In this document: piece after piece, positions 39,267-53,332 of the stretch
Layout: each line of letters starts with the position of its first letter
How positions within the stretch are numbered: the stretch's first letter is position 1
Assembly (NCBI GenBank): GCA_951406725.2
Contig: OX597814.1
Location: forward strand, 212,846,001 to 212,910,000
Length of the DNA: 64,000 nt
Origin: Octopus vulgaris
Lineage: Eukaryota
Direction of reading: 5' to 3'
Program-made: the position numbers and the translations under genes
The notes under the pieces: model-generated
What the model was told of the DNA's origin: nothing
The model's database searches: none
The model's input: the letters and a program-made list of their open reading frames with translations, nothing else

Positions 39267-40172
39267 ACATATATATATATATATATCATGCATGTATATA
39301 TGTATACATGTATATAAGCATTATAAGAAAGCAAGGAATGACGTAGGAAATTAGAAAGCGCTAACGAAATGTTTGAGGGTATATAGAATAACGCCCAATC
39401 AGAATCCCAGCAGTGTTAATGTTTGTGGGAAAAATGAAATCGATCTTCGATTAATTATTGCAAGGAGAAATATATTTAAAGGATATACACAAAATATAGC
39501 AAAACATTTCGAAGTAGGAAATAAAATGCATTTTAAGAATTACAAACATGGTAAAGAAGGCTGGGAGGACGGTCTTGTAGATAAAAGTATAGGAAACATA
39601 TGATGTGGGTAGTTAAAGGACAACATTGGGAACATAAAAGACACCTAAGCCAATTAAAGTTGAGACATACTGAAACACGAAGGGAAATACCGATGGAAGT
39701 CTATTATGACATGTTTGAGGTGCCAGCACAGAAAGAGACTGAGCCTTGGAGAAGCAACCGTAGAAAAAGGTAACAGTCTGTGCACATAGAAATAATGCCA
39801 AAACGAAAATGATATTATTTTTTAAAAAAAAACGGGAGAGGGAAGGGCGCCGGAAAAAGAAAAAAAGTAAATCAATTTCTCTACTCACGGAGGTCGACAT
39901 CTCAAAAGGGTAGTTGTTTTGATGAGACACGACTTTGCGAGATATAGACTGGACCGAGTGATAATAAATTGTAGCGGTCCGAGTGAAGTTTGTGTTTGTT
40001 CCAGTTGAGTTCGCTGTGATGTCGGAAAGTGTCGGTTGGTTATTTCGTTTGGATTATTGATTGTTGTTTCGTGAAGGGATTGTTGGGGCGTTGCTTTGTT
40101 ATTAGGGTTGCATCGTTATCTTGTTTAATGTTACTACACTGGTACTGTGTATCTAAACAATCCGTCACAATA
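36688..40172 (+). mobile_element. Ty3/Gypsy LTR retrotransposon (Mag-like), decayed, with RT/RNase H deleted
   Basis: LTRs 36688-~36946 and 39915-~40172 start TG and are clearly homologous but diverged; purine tract aaaaggg lies before the 3' LTR. gag FAAWY..RLLL..RYCNFILPK; decayed CCHC; protease VKVNGIDIKLLLNTDSNISII; integrase PWSTVHIDYAGP..FARYGVPATLVSDNGT. Confidence 0.9.
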
Positions 40173-40879
40173 TCGTGACATTAAGAGATGTGGATATAAC
40201 TGTCCCACTGCGTGAAACCTTCAGCTAGTGCCTTCTACTATAGCCACGAGCCCGTCAAAATTTATAAGTCAATTTCACAGATGGAAATTGGAAGAAGCCC
40301 GTCGCGTATATTCTTTTACTATTTTATTTGTTTCAGTATTGATGTTAGTATATATTTATCTATTATGAAGAAAAAATATACGTATAACAATAAAAATATG
40401 TAAAGATGGGTTGTAATATTAGATTTTGTCGTAATAGTGTAACGTTTTTAAGAATGTATAAACAGATAGTGTGAATCTATCATTTGATGCAAATTTGGAT
40501 TTTAAAATCAACGGAATGTAGAAGAATGAATTAAATGAATCAAGAAGAAATTTCCTTCTCTCATAAAGTCAACAAAACTAGTACCATTTTTTGCTCAGCG
40601 TTAAAAGTATATTATTTTTCCTACACAGTAATGTTCAGTAAGACACATGTATAAATAAGATAGTTTTCAATGTAAAAGAACTAAGTGCAACATATAATTA
40701 CACTCAGTACAAATATTTATAATAGAAAGCAACTTGCATCAATCTAACAAACACAATATTCGACTCATCTGAAAGAGTTTTAAAAAATCAATACTTATCC
40801 CAGCATCAAAACTGGTAACAAAATGATAACAACGTGTAACCTTATATAAAGACTATTATCAGAAACGTTCAGACATAAT

Positions 40880-41150
40880 GTTATTAGATAAAATCTTTAA
40901 ATAGAAAATTCAAATAAATTGGAAGCGTTTCAGAATTGATGGAGATCTTTTTGGGTATTTGGGAGTTAAGTATATGCGGAAGAAACTTAGAAATGTACAG
41001 AACAAAAATATACGCACGAATTCCCTTTGAATTTTTAGATTCTCGAGATAAATCCGCACATATGTCCAGTACGCGTGGTATTAATCTTTGATTGTCAAAT
41101 GAAAGACTTCTAGATATCCTTCTGAGGCGGAATAGGAACGTGAATATTAA
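40880..41150 (-). mobile_element. Possible decayed Penelope RT-thumb fragment
   Basis: FLFRLRRISRSLSF resembles the PLE SQFLRLRRICS motif. Single motif only. Confidence 0.3.
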
Positions 41151-42253
41151 CACGTTTGCATTAGACAGTTTATTGCCTTACTAAATATTGATATGTTAAA
41201 ATGTAATATTTTCTAGGAATACACTGAGTACAATTGCGCTAATGCCATTTCCATTATGTAATGCATTCTAGTGAAAGTAGAAGCAAGCGAATAAATCAAT
41301 TCGTTTTACACTATTGTTATTAGTTCTTAAGATGTAAGATATATGTTCAAATCGTATAATGCTCACCAATGAAATCTTTGGCTTCATGGACGATTAAATG
41401 CAATGATTTCTATGCATACATGTGCTTCGGTGTGCTAGTTTGGGAGTGTTTGTTTTTGTGCGTATGTGAGTACATTTATATATATACGTGGAAATGCGCA
41501 TAGATTTGTTTAAATGGGAGTTTTTATATATTCATGTATATCAGTGTGCTTGTCTAAAATGGTCAACATTAATTCGAAATGACGAATAAAGATAGTTCTG
41601 ATGGAGCCACTAATATACTGTAGCAGAACGAAAACAGAAGGAGCAAGATAAATTGTTGGAAGCTGAAATAAATTAAAGAGGAACGTAAATGCGAATAGAA
41701 GAGAAGAACAAATGTAGAAAGTATTCAAGAAATATTTGTATTGAATAGGTAAATATATAACAAGCAAATGATGCATCGTCTGTAAGTCACATTATCCACT
41801 ATTTTTAGATAATATTCACTGCGTTTCCAATAAGTTGTAACATTTTACGCAAAGATATATCTGCATACGTTAACAGCCTGCGCACACAGTCGCATGCACA
41901 CATACTCACAAATGCAAAGCAGAGATTATATCGCACCAAAAGTAAGCTGTCTGCGAAATAACAGGATCTGCCAAAAACTATATTCAAATCAGCTCCATAG
42001 AAAACCTATCTTCAAATGGGAAATAAAGAGTAGATAATGTAATTTAAGATACTACGTCTAAAGCGAAAAGAGAAAACAAAAACGGGATGTTAACTCTTGT
42101 GATGCATTTTGATGATGGGTGTGCTGAGTGACCCATTCACAAACCATAAAGAGCAACAGAATCAGTCTTACACGTAATCTATCTAGCCATCTATCTATTT
42201 ATCCATCAATCGATACACACATATACATATATACATATATACATATATATATA

Positions 42254-42339
<86 letters not shown>

Positions 42340-42386
42340 CGTATATATATATATATATACAGATATATATACATACATACATATAT

Positions 42387-42597
42387 TACTCTTTTATTCT
42401 TTTACTTGTTTCAGTCATTTGACTGTGGCCATGCTGGAGCACCACCTTTAGTCGAGCAAATCGACCCCGGGACTTATTCTTTGTAAGCCCAGTACTTACT
42501 CTATCGGTGTCTTTTGCCGAAGCGCTAATTGACAGGGACGTAAACACACCAGCATCGGTTGTCAAGCAATGCTAGGGGGACAAACACAGTCACACAA

Positions 42598-42634
<37 letters not shown>

Positions 42635-42793
42635 ACAGGCTTCTTTCAGTTTCCGTCTACCAAATCCACTCACAAGGCATTGGTCGGCCCGGGGCTATAG
42701 CAGAAGACACTTGCCCAAGATGCCACGCAGTGGGACTGAACCCGGAACCATGTGGCTGGTTAGCAAGCTACTTACCACACAGCCACTCCTGCG

Positions 42794-42795
<2 letters not shown>
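42387..42795 (-). mobile_element. Full-length family B CORE-type SINE
   Basis: Near-identical to 5822-6224. Confidence 0.9.
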
Positions 42796-42832
<37 letters not shown>

Positions 42833-42947
42833 ATATTCGTCATAGAATACGTGTCTCCTACTGTTCTGTTTCGTCCATTCTGCAAACAGAACAGGAGCCA
42901 CGAGAAATGGAGATTTCTATGTATATATATATATATATTTATATATG

Positions 42948-42995
<48 letters not shown>

Positions 42996-42999
<4 letters not shown>

Positions 43000-45900
43000 C
43001 AAATGCACCCGTCCTTTGGACGGTGTAATTCATCATAATGGTGCACTCCTGTGAACGGTGTAAGTTGAATTAGCCCGCAGTTAGAAGTCATTTCGAGTTG
43101 TTAAGTGTAAAATGTATAATTACCATTTTCCTTAGCTGCTTATGATATAGTACTAAGCAAGTTAGGTAATGAATAAAGTTTTTAGAACACAAATTTGGCA
43201 GTTAGTAAGAAATACATTTCCATGAAATGGGATCGCAGTTGTAGTAGGCATTAAGGATCCTATATCTTACTTGAAGCGTTTTGTATCACGTACTTATTTT
43301 TCTCGTAATGCCTGACATAACCACACTGAAGCCTTTTTATTTTGCAATGAAAATCACGTATGATAAACAAAAGCAAACATTTATAACAAACACACTAATA
43401 GAATGTACCAAAATAAATGTTAGAACATGCTTATGAGCGAACAGTGTGCGTGAATTAAGATGGGTCATTGAAGGCAATATACTGTTAACAGCAAACAGGG
43501 AAATGAAGCGAAATATCAATAAAATGCTTGCAGGAAGTTTGATTGCTGACGGCTACAGTTTGGCGTAGATGTGAAGATTGCAGTAGAGGAATAACTACTA
43601 TAGGGCTGCTTTGTATGCGACATTTTTGTTTTTTTTCCTTCAGGTGCATAGATTAATTAGTTGTATGGAACAACCGACGTAGAGCTGTCCATATGGAAAG
43701 AAGGACGTTCGAAGATCCAAACCGACAGATTTTAGCGAACGACCTTGGGTTTTGTTAATTGTCATAGCGAAGCAGATTTTGAGAGGGAACTGAAGTCTCT
43801 GCATAGGATAGGAGCAGTTTGTTGGGTTTAGCTGAATTTTTGGAATTAATACGGTATCGTTTTTGCCATGTTCCGTGATAAATTTGGCTTCAATGACGTG
43901 GTCCATTATTTGTTTGACCAAAAAGCAAGTTCCATTGCATAGTGTGGGTGCGTCTAGATTGACAGTGCAACCGACTTTTAAATAAAGTTCATGCGAAAGG
44001 ACTCCTGGAGGATTTTAGGAGTTGCAAAATTCTGTTGGAAAATGTGTAACTTGATCGAGGTCGGTAAAGGTGTCAACTAATCTGTAACAACGTTCTTGAG
44101 AAGGTAGCTGACTAAGAGTTTTGACAGTTACATTTTTAGGTGAAAGAACAGCCCTGTCCTGTCGCGAAGCCAATCTGGTTTTAAATATTCCGTCGTAAGA
44201 TTAGGATAAACGGCAGAACGTAAGTCATCAGGACTAGAGACAGTGTGGCCAATGTATCCGTTGCCGTCGGACGTAATTTCTCCATTGCCGATTTTAAGAA
44301 GCATATCCGAAACTGGGTTGTAGGCTGACGAGTCCGTATGTGTAATCTCATATTCATTGCGTGTTGTTTCGATAGGATATGCGATCAAAGAAGGGATTTT
44401 TTTTAAAGGCAGGCATTAAGTTCATCAGCGGGTGTTCATTCGGGCATAATAGGCATAGTTGGTCGACAGTCCCCTGCAAGAAGTTGAATCGCATCTCCAA
44501 GGATTTTGCTGTTCGATATAAGGTCTCTTATTGAGATATCAAGTGCTTGTAGGGGACATTTATAGGCTATATTTGCTTCATCTCAAACAATGAGGAACAC
44601 ATTATGTGTCACGTTGGGCTTTCCTAATGTGCTACATTGAAAGGCAATTTGAAGGTAGAGTGTGCAGTTCGTCTACCGTCGAGAGGTTCGAAGCTATTCC
44701 TGAGGAGGCATCACTAATAGCAAGGTCACCATTATGCTGCAACTTTGCAAGAAGATTCAGGAGGAATGTTTTTCCAGTTCCACGGGGTGCATTTAAGATG
44801 ATTCAGCAGTGTTTGCGCGTGTATATGTAGATGTTTCCAAGGACAAATGATATACGCCAGCTTGAGCGGAATTCAGAAGGGGATTGTTGTCAGCAAAGTA
44901 CTGTTTGAGTTTGTGGATGTTTCTCTGAGAATGAGGCGATTGGGACAGGCGTCTTCATTTCTGTATAGAGTGTTGAAAGAATAAGCGTCCAATCGTTGAC
45001 CTCCAATTGTCTTAACCGAGTCTTCCAAGAGAAGAATACCTCTGTTGTAAATGGCAGGGGTGGTTGGAGTGTGAACGCTACCTGTGATTCGGCAAGCCTG
45101 CAGCAAAATATCATGACACATTGAAACTTTGTATTTATTCCAAAGTGAATGTGCTTCTGTGAGGTTGCAGAAAACAAGCATTATTGCAAGAAAGTGTCGG
45201 AGCTTTTGTGGCGAACAACATAGAGAGGCCTGTTCGAGTGCATTACCATATTGATCATCTGTCTCCAAAAGTCTCCGTTTGGAGCAGGCATCTTTGAAAG
45301 TGCCGCATAAGTGGCCGGTAACTGTGCGAAGATCATCGAAGCAGGTTGGTCTCTTAATGACATGGAGTAAGAGCAACAGATGGAACGCGTCCGACTGTGT
45401 CACCTTTGTACACGGCTGGATCCAACTGCGTAAGCCGGCCTTTGTTTTCGACGTTTCTACTATGAAGAAGATCGATTCTATGTATAATAATGTGGCACTT
45501 CAGTGTACAAAATAGACTTTGCGAAGGGGTCGATATCGCATAGGTGAAAGCAGTCCGTGAGAGTGGTTTTTTGCAGGGCAGCTGCTTCTTGAATGAGGTT
45601 GTCTCCTGCAAAGTAAATTCATTGCCTATTTTCCAAATGAACGCTGAGGGTATCGCTGGTGAATTGGAATCCTAAGGTTATTCATATGACTTCATTGGCG
45701 TCCAGTTTTGAAAGGAATCACTTCATTTGTAAAATCTGTTGATCATGTAGATTATCTTTGAATAACTCTACGTTGATGTGGGCATGGAATGCTATGTAGA
45801 GCATCTTGTTGTGGGGGCACGACCCATCGATTGTCAACCGAAGAAGTGTAGCGTGACTGGATACAAATGTAAAGAAGGCAATCAATTTCCTAATGTTACT

Positions 45901-46138
45901 TCGCAAAGAGTTACTTCCCTTGTCCACAATAGTACACCAACAATGGAAGTTCTTCTGACCCTTTGTCTAAAATCGCCATTACTCTATATTGCACCATAAG
46001 TGAAAAATCTAAAGAGTGTAGTACCATCTGTGGAATGTAAGTGATGTATTTACCAAGCGTGAACGAAATCGGATGAAAAATACTGATTCGATGTGGGATC
46101 AGTCTAATGGTCAGTCATATATATACACACATCTTCCG

Positions 46139-46155
<17 letters not shown>
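42996..46155 (-). mobile_element. Helitron with decayed RepHel (PIF1 helicase) coding region and both termini
   Basis: RLQFPLKICFAMTINKTQGRSLKSVGLDL..GQLYVGCS (PIF1 C-terminal motifs, 43640-43921); LLLHVIKRPTCFDDLRTV..TFKDAC (44873-45403); Walker A-like APRGTGKTFL near 44760-44795. 3' hairpin ccgtcc-aaa-ggacgg followed by CTAA|T; 5' end merges into (TA)n. Confidence 0.9.
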
Positions 46156-46188
<33 letters not shown>

Positions 46189-46329
46189 GCATATAGAAAA
46201 AAAGTGATCTTGGTCTCCGACTTAACGTAGAGGGTGTCTTACAACACAGAATATTCCGTTATTTACCTTGAGAGGATTTCTCATAAGACGTTGAGGTGTT
46301 AAAGTACATATAATTATATAGTTGATAGA

Positions 46330-47030
46330 GGAAAATCGTCTGCTACAACTATCGAAACTGCCGAATTACGTGATTTCACCCTATTATGGGTCTCGGTGCC
46401 AAATGTCCAGCAGCGGCCTAATAGCCGAATCTACCGCCAACGATATGCATAATATGAATATATGTTCAGCCGACGGTGTCGCAATTTACCAGCTTATCAA
46501 AAACAAATATTGATCATGAAAGAAGCAGTATTAATACTAAAAATCGATCTTGACCTCCATCATAACTTGGCTGGGTTACAACACGGAAGAATGCGTTATA
46601 TATTTAACACGATACCTATTGGTGTATCTCGTTATGGTAATTTTTTTCATTTTACAATTTTATTACTTATACACCCTGTTACCCTCATAGCAAAATTAAC
46701 CCACCAATAAATATTTTAAGTTTAGCTATTTACTCAATGTCCTGAAGCAACACATATGCAACATGTTATGATTTAAATATATTAAGCCTTTCATCTTCTT
46801 CTCGAGGATCTTCTTTTCTTTCTTTTCTTTTATGTGTTTTTTCTTCACTCTGACGAAGCTCAATTATTCCAGATCGGATGTGTTACCACATATAATGAAT
46901 ATTATTCTCAGAATTTTCAATGGCAATACCGTAGAACATTGGAAGCAGAAACAGCTGTTAGATGGGATACAGGCTATTTGTAGTAAAACGTAATAATTGT
47001 TGTTGATCAATCTTTCTTCATTTTCTGTTT
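46330..47030 (+). mobile_element. Penelope-like 3' fragment with degenerate hammerhead
   Basis: ILIMKEAVLILKIDLDLH resembles the GIY-YIG end (L.IKEAL.I....P.LN). CTGACGA at ~46850 and GAAACAGCTGTT at ~46948. Confidence 0.55.
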
Positions 47031-47299
47031 ATATTTGTGTATGTGTTTGTGCGTTTTTGTGCGTGTATTATGTATGTATGTATAAGAATACATAAACACG
47101 CGCTCGCACATACTTACGTGCATGTGTGGGCGCGCTCGCGTTTTTGTATGTGGTTCTGTATACGTGTGTCAGTAAAAAAATAACCATAGATAGAACAAGT
47201 GATATAAAAAATAGCGATAAGTTGCAATCTGAGAAAATGAGAATCAGACAAGGGTGCGTCGCTAAAACTGATAAATAGCTCTGCGGTAGGTTGCCTTTC

Positions 47300-48300
47300 G
47301 TATCTCTAGCCGTGCGCATATACAGCATTCTGGAACCTTAAACTAATTTGCTGCTCGGTTTGGTCACGATAGATTTAAGAGAAAGCCTTGTGAAATGGAA
47401 TAAATCTTTCAGAAGATTCTAATTTCCATTTGCGTAGGCGTTAAAGTATTTTAACATTTTTCCGGCAGGGTTATTGCAAGTTGATGTAATTCCTTGTTGC
47501 ATACTTCCCCATATATTTCGATCTGTTTCAGCGAGTAGAGTAGGTTATAAAACATTACAAAAGCAAACGCAATATCATAAATACATCAAATTCAATTGCC
47601 ACACTTATGAGAATAAAAGAAACACAATTATGTGCATTACAAGTATGCAGCACACGTTAGTTATAGAAGAAATCCGTCAAACAAAACATTAAAAATTTTG
47701 TATCTAATTTTTCCTCGCACAGAACTCACATTTTTGGAGATTTCTGCGCAATACGTACCTCCAGCATCTGCAAGCAATGCTGGGCGGCAAGTTTTCTCTT
47801 TCCTATTCTCTATCTCTATTTCCCTGGCGTTAATATTGCGTACACGTTTTTCGGAAACAACATAGTAAGTTCTCGACATCCTCAAGGCTTTATTATGCCT
47901 AGTTCTCTTTTCAGCCTTTCTTTAGTTAACCCTGAGAAATCATCCCATTTACAAGTTCTCAATCGTTTTTTAACAAAATCATCCAGTTATGAACTCGTAA
48001 AAGTGACATTACTGCCTCGTATCAGAAATGATATTTTAATCATATCTGACACACCTTTTCATTTTTGTTCCTTCCTCTTTGTGTCCTAATTACAAATGCC
48101 CTTACTGTTTAAATTTTAAATAGGATATCGGTCAGCCTTTTCCCCACCTGTACAGTTTATTCAAGCTGTACATGTTTTTAACCGGGAAGAGTGTAAACTA
48201 TTTAGGTTGGGGGACCACTTTTGAAAGTTAGCCTACGCACTGAAATTCTTCTACTGGAAATCTTGGCATTTTATTGAATGAAATATGCTATCTGTCATTT
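47300..48300 (-). mobile_element. Highly decayed Penelope-like coding remnant
   Basis: Weak minus-strand echoes of the I..ADKG..V....Y..K motif (~48000) and of the TYN.....W..L..YR linker (~47350-47510). Confidence 0.35.
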
Positions 48301-50219
48301 CAATGCACTACACGGGCCAAGAAAACAATGTAAGTAATATCGTTAATAATAAGGCAAATTAAAACTGGTCCTCATAAAAAATATAACCAGGAAATGTATA
48401 TTTTTAATATCAGAGATTATAAAGATAAAATTTTAAATAATTGTCGTTAAATGCAGAACAATTGTATCACTTACAGAGTCGATATGGCACCATAGTAAAC
48501 TTATTTTGGAAAAGCCAAATTGAACGACTCATAAATTATTTAACAAATATAGCTTATCAAGCGTATATTGATGTATATTTAACAGTTTATAAAGATAAAG
48601 ATGAAAATAATATATTTCATAACTTTGATTGTCAGCATTCATTTATATGGACATTTATAAGCATCATTTTGATGAATTCGTTTTCACATCTCCTTAAATA
48701 TATACATCAGTTCGATCTTTAAATATTTTATATAATTATCTCCATTCAATCTATCAAATTTATTTATTTTAGAATTGCGATAATATGCTGTAAATATTAT
48801 ATTTCTCTATTTAATAAATTTATCCAGGTTTCAAATTCGTCATTTCGGACATTCGAAAATTATGCGTATCAATAAGGAGTTACTTATTTTTCTATACGAA
48901 TACATCTGTCACAATCTTAGTTTTCCTATGTAAGTTATATGAGCAATAGAATGATTTTCGGATTCCCAGACATCTACCAACAAGGAAAATGTGCTATGGA
49001 AATCGATACAGGAGTGAAAACTGTTTCAAAGTTAAGCATTCTCTTCCCTAAGAAATTAAGAATTATATAATTTTAAGCCGCGAAAACCAAGGATTTAAGC
49101 CATGCTTTGACTTTATACACTGCACAGTTTACCATATCTTACAAATGTACATTAAAAAATTTATAATTATTGTGCAGCAAATTCTAGGCTGAATATACAT
49201 GGAACTGATTTTGAATTTTCATTGTTGGGATATATACTGCAGTATACACGTACATTAAGTTGTCAAAATATATAAGATTTATGAAATGGTTTTATAAAGA
49301 TATATGAAATTACCATAAAATATATATTATATATTCCAAATTGTATAAACATTGTTATAATTGTATACAAATATAGGTAGGAGCATACAACTAATATTTC
49401 TTTGTGAACTATAATTTATCTGAAGCATTTTCGTTTTTATAGAAATAAGATATAATTAATTTCAGGTTGATATAATGACATTGTTGTGGTCCTAAGGCAT
49501 TGAAGCAAATAAGAAAAGGTGAAGAAGTTTGTTATGCGAATTCTTACTCCAAATAATTTTTAAGATTCTTTAATTTCCGTTTTACTTTTACATTTTGTAT
49601 GTTTGTACGTACTTAAAATATTGCTTTACCTTATAATAATATTATAGAGAGCAATATAGTGTTATATAGTAATGAAGGTGAAAATTCAATTGCATATGCC
49701 AAGCCGATATTATAAATTTTACCATTGTCACTATAATCAATACGCTTGGTGTGTTCTTTTTAAATAGTCTGAAATGGAAGTAAATAGATCTTATAACAAT
49801 ATTAGTTGCAATCCTTATTGCATTTTAACTTCTGATTTGCAAGGTACTATTAGCTACAGCGATATTCCTATATTAATATTGATGGCATATTATGTAAAAT
49901 TCTGTTGAAGACGGACAGATATATTTTATGTTTAAAACATAATATTGTTGCTTTTTCTGATAATTTCAACTATTAAACATTTAGACCTACTAAAGATGAT
50001 GCGCAATTATAATTGTAATTATATAATTTTGATTTATACCATATAAATTCGTTGTGTAGAAGAGATATCTTGGGATGAAAATTGCAAATTACTTTGAGAT
50101 ATATTTTCAACCTATGGGTGTTTTGGTTTTAGAATTACAGATGGAGTGCTGAATATTCATTATATTATCAGTGTAACATTTTACAAAAATAGTCTTTTTC
50201 GTTATACTTAACTCATATT

Positions 50220-50760
50220 TCAACTAACCAGCTGCGACACCACGTGTTGGTCTTATATTGTTCACGTTTTCGTTCTTGATTATAGAGTTGAGAAAAAGGT
50301 TAATTTTCGATTTCTTAATAAAGTTACAGTTACTAACCTTCTTTCTATGTTCTACAAATGTTGCTTGTTGACGTAGGTGTTTCGAAGAAAATGATTTAAT
50401 TCTGGATGCAGATCGTCCCAATATGATTTCAATCGATTCATATAGCCAACAGCGGGGTTTTGTTTTGCTTTTTCGTAGTAGTTAAATAGTTCATTATTCA
50501 ATTTATAACTCCAAGAGAAATGAGTTTTGTAGTTACGGTTTCTCCTATAACTACAGTTAGAAAGAAATTGTTTACCTGTTGAGCTGTTGTTTTCATTCTG
50601 TACCTTGATTGTGTTGTTGTTGATGGTGTGTCCAGCCATGTTGTTTGTAGTAACTCTCTGCATGCTAAATTCAAGTTTCAGTCGAAAATCACTACAATCG
50701 TGAATAAAAGGCCCCTTCAGTTAATTCATCTGAAAATTAACCAGTTATTTAACAAGACTG
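50220..50760 (-). mobile_element. R4/Dong-clade LINE 5' coding fragment
   Basis: ORF 50352-50663 WSYKLNNELFNYYEKAKQNPAVGYMNRLKSYWDDLHPE matches the R4/Dong N-terminal W...N......Y......GY..R....W....P pattern. Confidence 0.65.
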
Positions 50761-52124
50761 CTAGTTGCGGGTCAAAGTAGGAGATAGTATTCATCGTATT
50801 TTCGAGTCTCCCACGCCAAATATGCAACTTGTCGCTTCGAGTGTGTTATGTATGTTATGTATGTATGTATACACACACACACGGATGTATATATGTCTAT
50901 ATATATATATGTATATATACATACACACATACATACATACATGTGTCTTCTCGTTCGCATAATCTCCGAAACTGGAGCTTAAATATAGTCTGTCTATAGC
51001 ACTTACTCAGCAAGAAAAGAGAAAAAAAAAGAAAAATAGCGAGAAAAGAAAATAGAGAGAAAAAATATACGTTAAAAATTAAAAAATAAGAAATAAAGTG
51101 CAAGGGTATTGGATGTAAAAAACAATGGATCCTTCCTATCTTTACAAGAGAAGTGAATATAAAACTATTCCAATCGTTTTAACATTCATTCTATGTTGAC
51201 TGGTGATACAGTACGGGCAGATTTTCTAAATCCAATGAATCTTTATACAGTTATACAGTTACGAAATTTTACAAATACACTTTCTCAGGGTGATAGGATA
51301 TACCTATTATAATAGATAATACTACATGTACATTTCATATTTTTTATAGAGTGATGTAACCCTTTGGAATAACACTGTTTGCGACTGAAGAGAGCATTAA
51401 ACCATCTTTTATATCAATTATACACTGATGTAAGAAGTGTTTGTTTATAAAATTTGAAACACGTGTACCGCGATATCCTTTGTGTTCTGTTCTTGATTTT
51501 ATTTGATATATTCTCTCTCACCTCTGCCACTATCTGGCATATACAGGTGCTTACACTTATCAAGTATTCACCCTAAATTACAGTACCTATATAATATAAA
51601 CAATAGTTTGCAACGTTTCACCAAAGGGGAGTATTACAAACGTCACTAAATGTGAATAGGGTTTTAGGAAACACCTGCATTGCTAGAAATAAGAGCTAAA
51701 CACTCTGGTGGTGTAGCTAACGCACATGAATAAAAACATATGCTCTAAAGTGCCGATAGAGAATTCGTAATACTGACGTGTCAGTTTCGGCAATTTCCGT
51801 GGACTCATCTTTTAAACCCCCTCCACCCTTCGGCTCTTTCTGGACTCGCTTCGCCATTAGCATTTATGTTCCCGTCATCTACATAATTGGATGATTTAGT
51901 GATTCTCTATTGTGTATATGTAAATTAGATATAAACTGCAGGTCCCTTTTAGTGTATATGTTTTCATTCTTCTAGCAATGTAGGTATTTCCCTAACACCC
52001 TAGTCACATTTAGTGACATTTGTATACATATATGTGTTTTTGTGCGTGTGTTTGTGAGTCTGTGTATGTGTGTGTACACACAGATAAACGCAAAAACACA
52101 CACACACATACAATCTATTCCCTC

Positions 52125-52545
52125 TAGTGCCGCTGTGAGCAATAGGTCATTGGAGAATGTGGAGAATATATCACCAGTATTGTCCAAACGAACTCAGAAT
52201 TCATCCAAAGCTAGGACCAATTGTCATACGTCCCCTGCCCAATTCAGGATCACAACACATAAATAAACTGCAACACAACATTTTTTTCAACAGTCCTATT
52301 TAGCATGGTTCCAAAACAAATCAAAGAAGAAAAAGATCCCGTCATTTTTATACGGAACCTGGACAAATTAGTTCAAGGCATACCAGATAAGCTACCGATA
52401 CATTGATAGAACTCACTCAACAAGAATTCCCGACTCGAGTGGGCTATGATACCACAAAACGTGACTTTAAAACGATTTAGCAAATCCTAACAGGTGGTAC
52501 TATTAAGTTAGACATGGCCTAGGTCAATCTTTAGTCAAAACATGT
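52125..52545 (+). mobile_element. CR1-type LINE 3' fragment (older family)
   Basis: Pieces RR.E..WRIY..PN..HP.LGP..KEEKDP..LDKL..IPD..NKNS..EWA, then tail ggtggt..catggcc..aaaca. Confidence 0.6.
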
Positions 52546-53332
52546 CGAAGTTTAAAATAGATTTATAGAAATAAATCTTTCAGCATCGGCGAGCGAATTT
52601 AAAAGCGCGTAGTTGTGAACGAATGGGTGCTATAAAGCTTCTAACTAGATGAAACGGTTCAAGAAAGGTCGGAGAGGCTATGAAAGAAATTGAAAATTGT
52701 AGATGAGTGTGGTTTTCATGGGAAGACGGACACTACGTAGCCTTATCTTTCAATATCTCTCTCAGCTATCAATCTGTATGTCTATCTATCTGTTTCACTA
52801 TTCTTTCTCTGTGTGCATTCATGTGTGCGTAGAAGTGCCAATGCGTGAATATATATTTGCATATATAGACATTTATGTGTGTAAATGTAGATATATACAA
52901 AATTTGTAAGTATCAATGATTTTATGCCTTGACTGAATCATTACAATCATTCAAATGATTTCATTTTTAAGCAAATGCGCAATGCAAACTAAAATACGAC
53001 GCGAATTATATAAGAATGTTCCTTATATTATAAACACGGTGTATATTATAAATTTTCAGGGACCGAGTATAATTGCACAAGTCTGTGCCATGTCGTATTT
53101 CAGCTAATTATTGTTTTATTTTTGATGCTATAAATATTAGAGATATATTGTTTGAAAGAAACATTTAGTAAACGTGATATACCAGTTTTGTAACCAAGTG
53201 TGACAGCTTTTAATAGAGCCTATTAGACGAGAAAGAGAGATAGATAATGTAGTACATGAAGACCGTGGAAAAGAACACTTTGTATCACAAAGTATTTCTT
53301 TACTTAGCATATCGATAGTTTTTTATATAGAT

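Noticed and set aside
43640-43921. Host PIF1 helicase gene
   Set aside because: Part of a frameshifted Helitron RepHel with Helitron termini.
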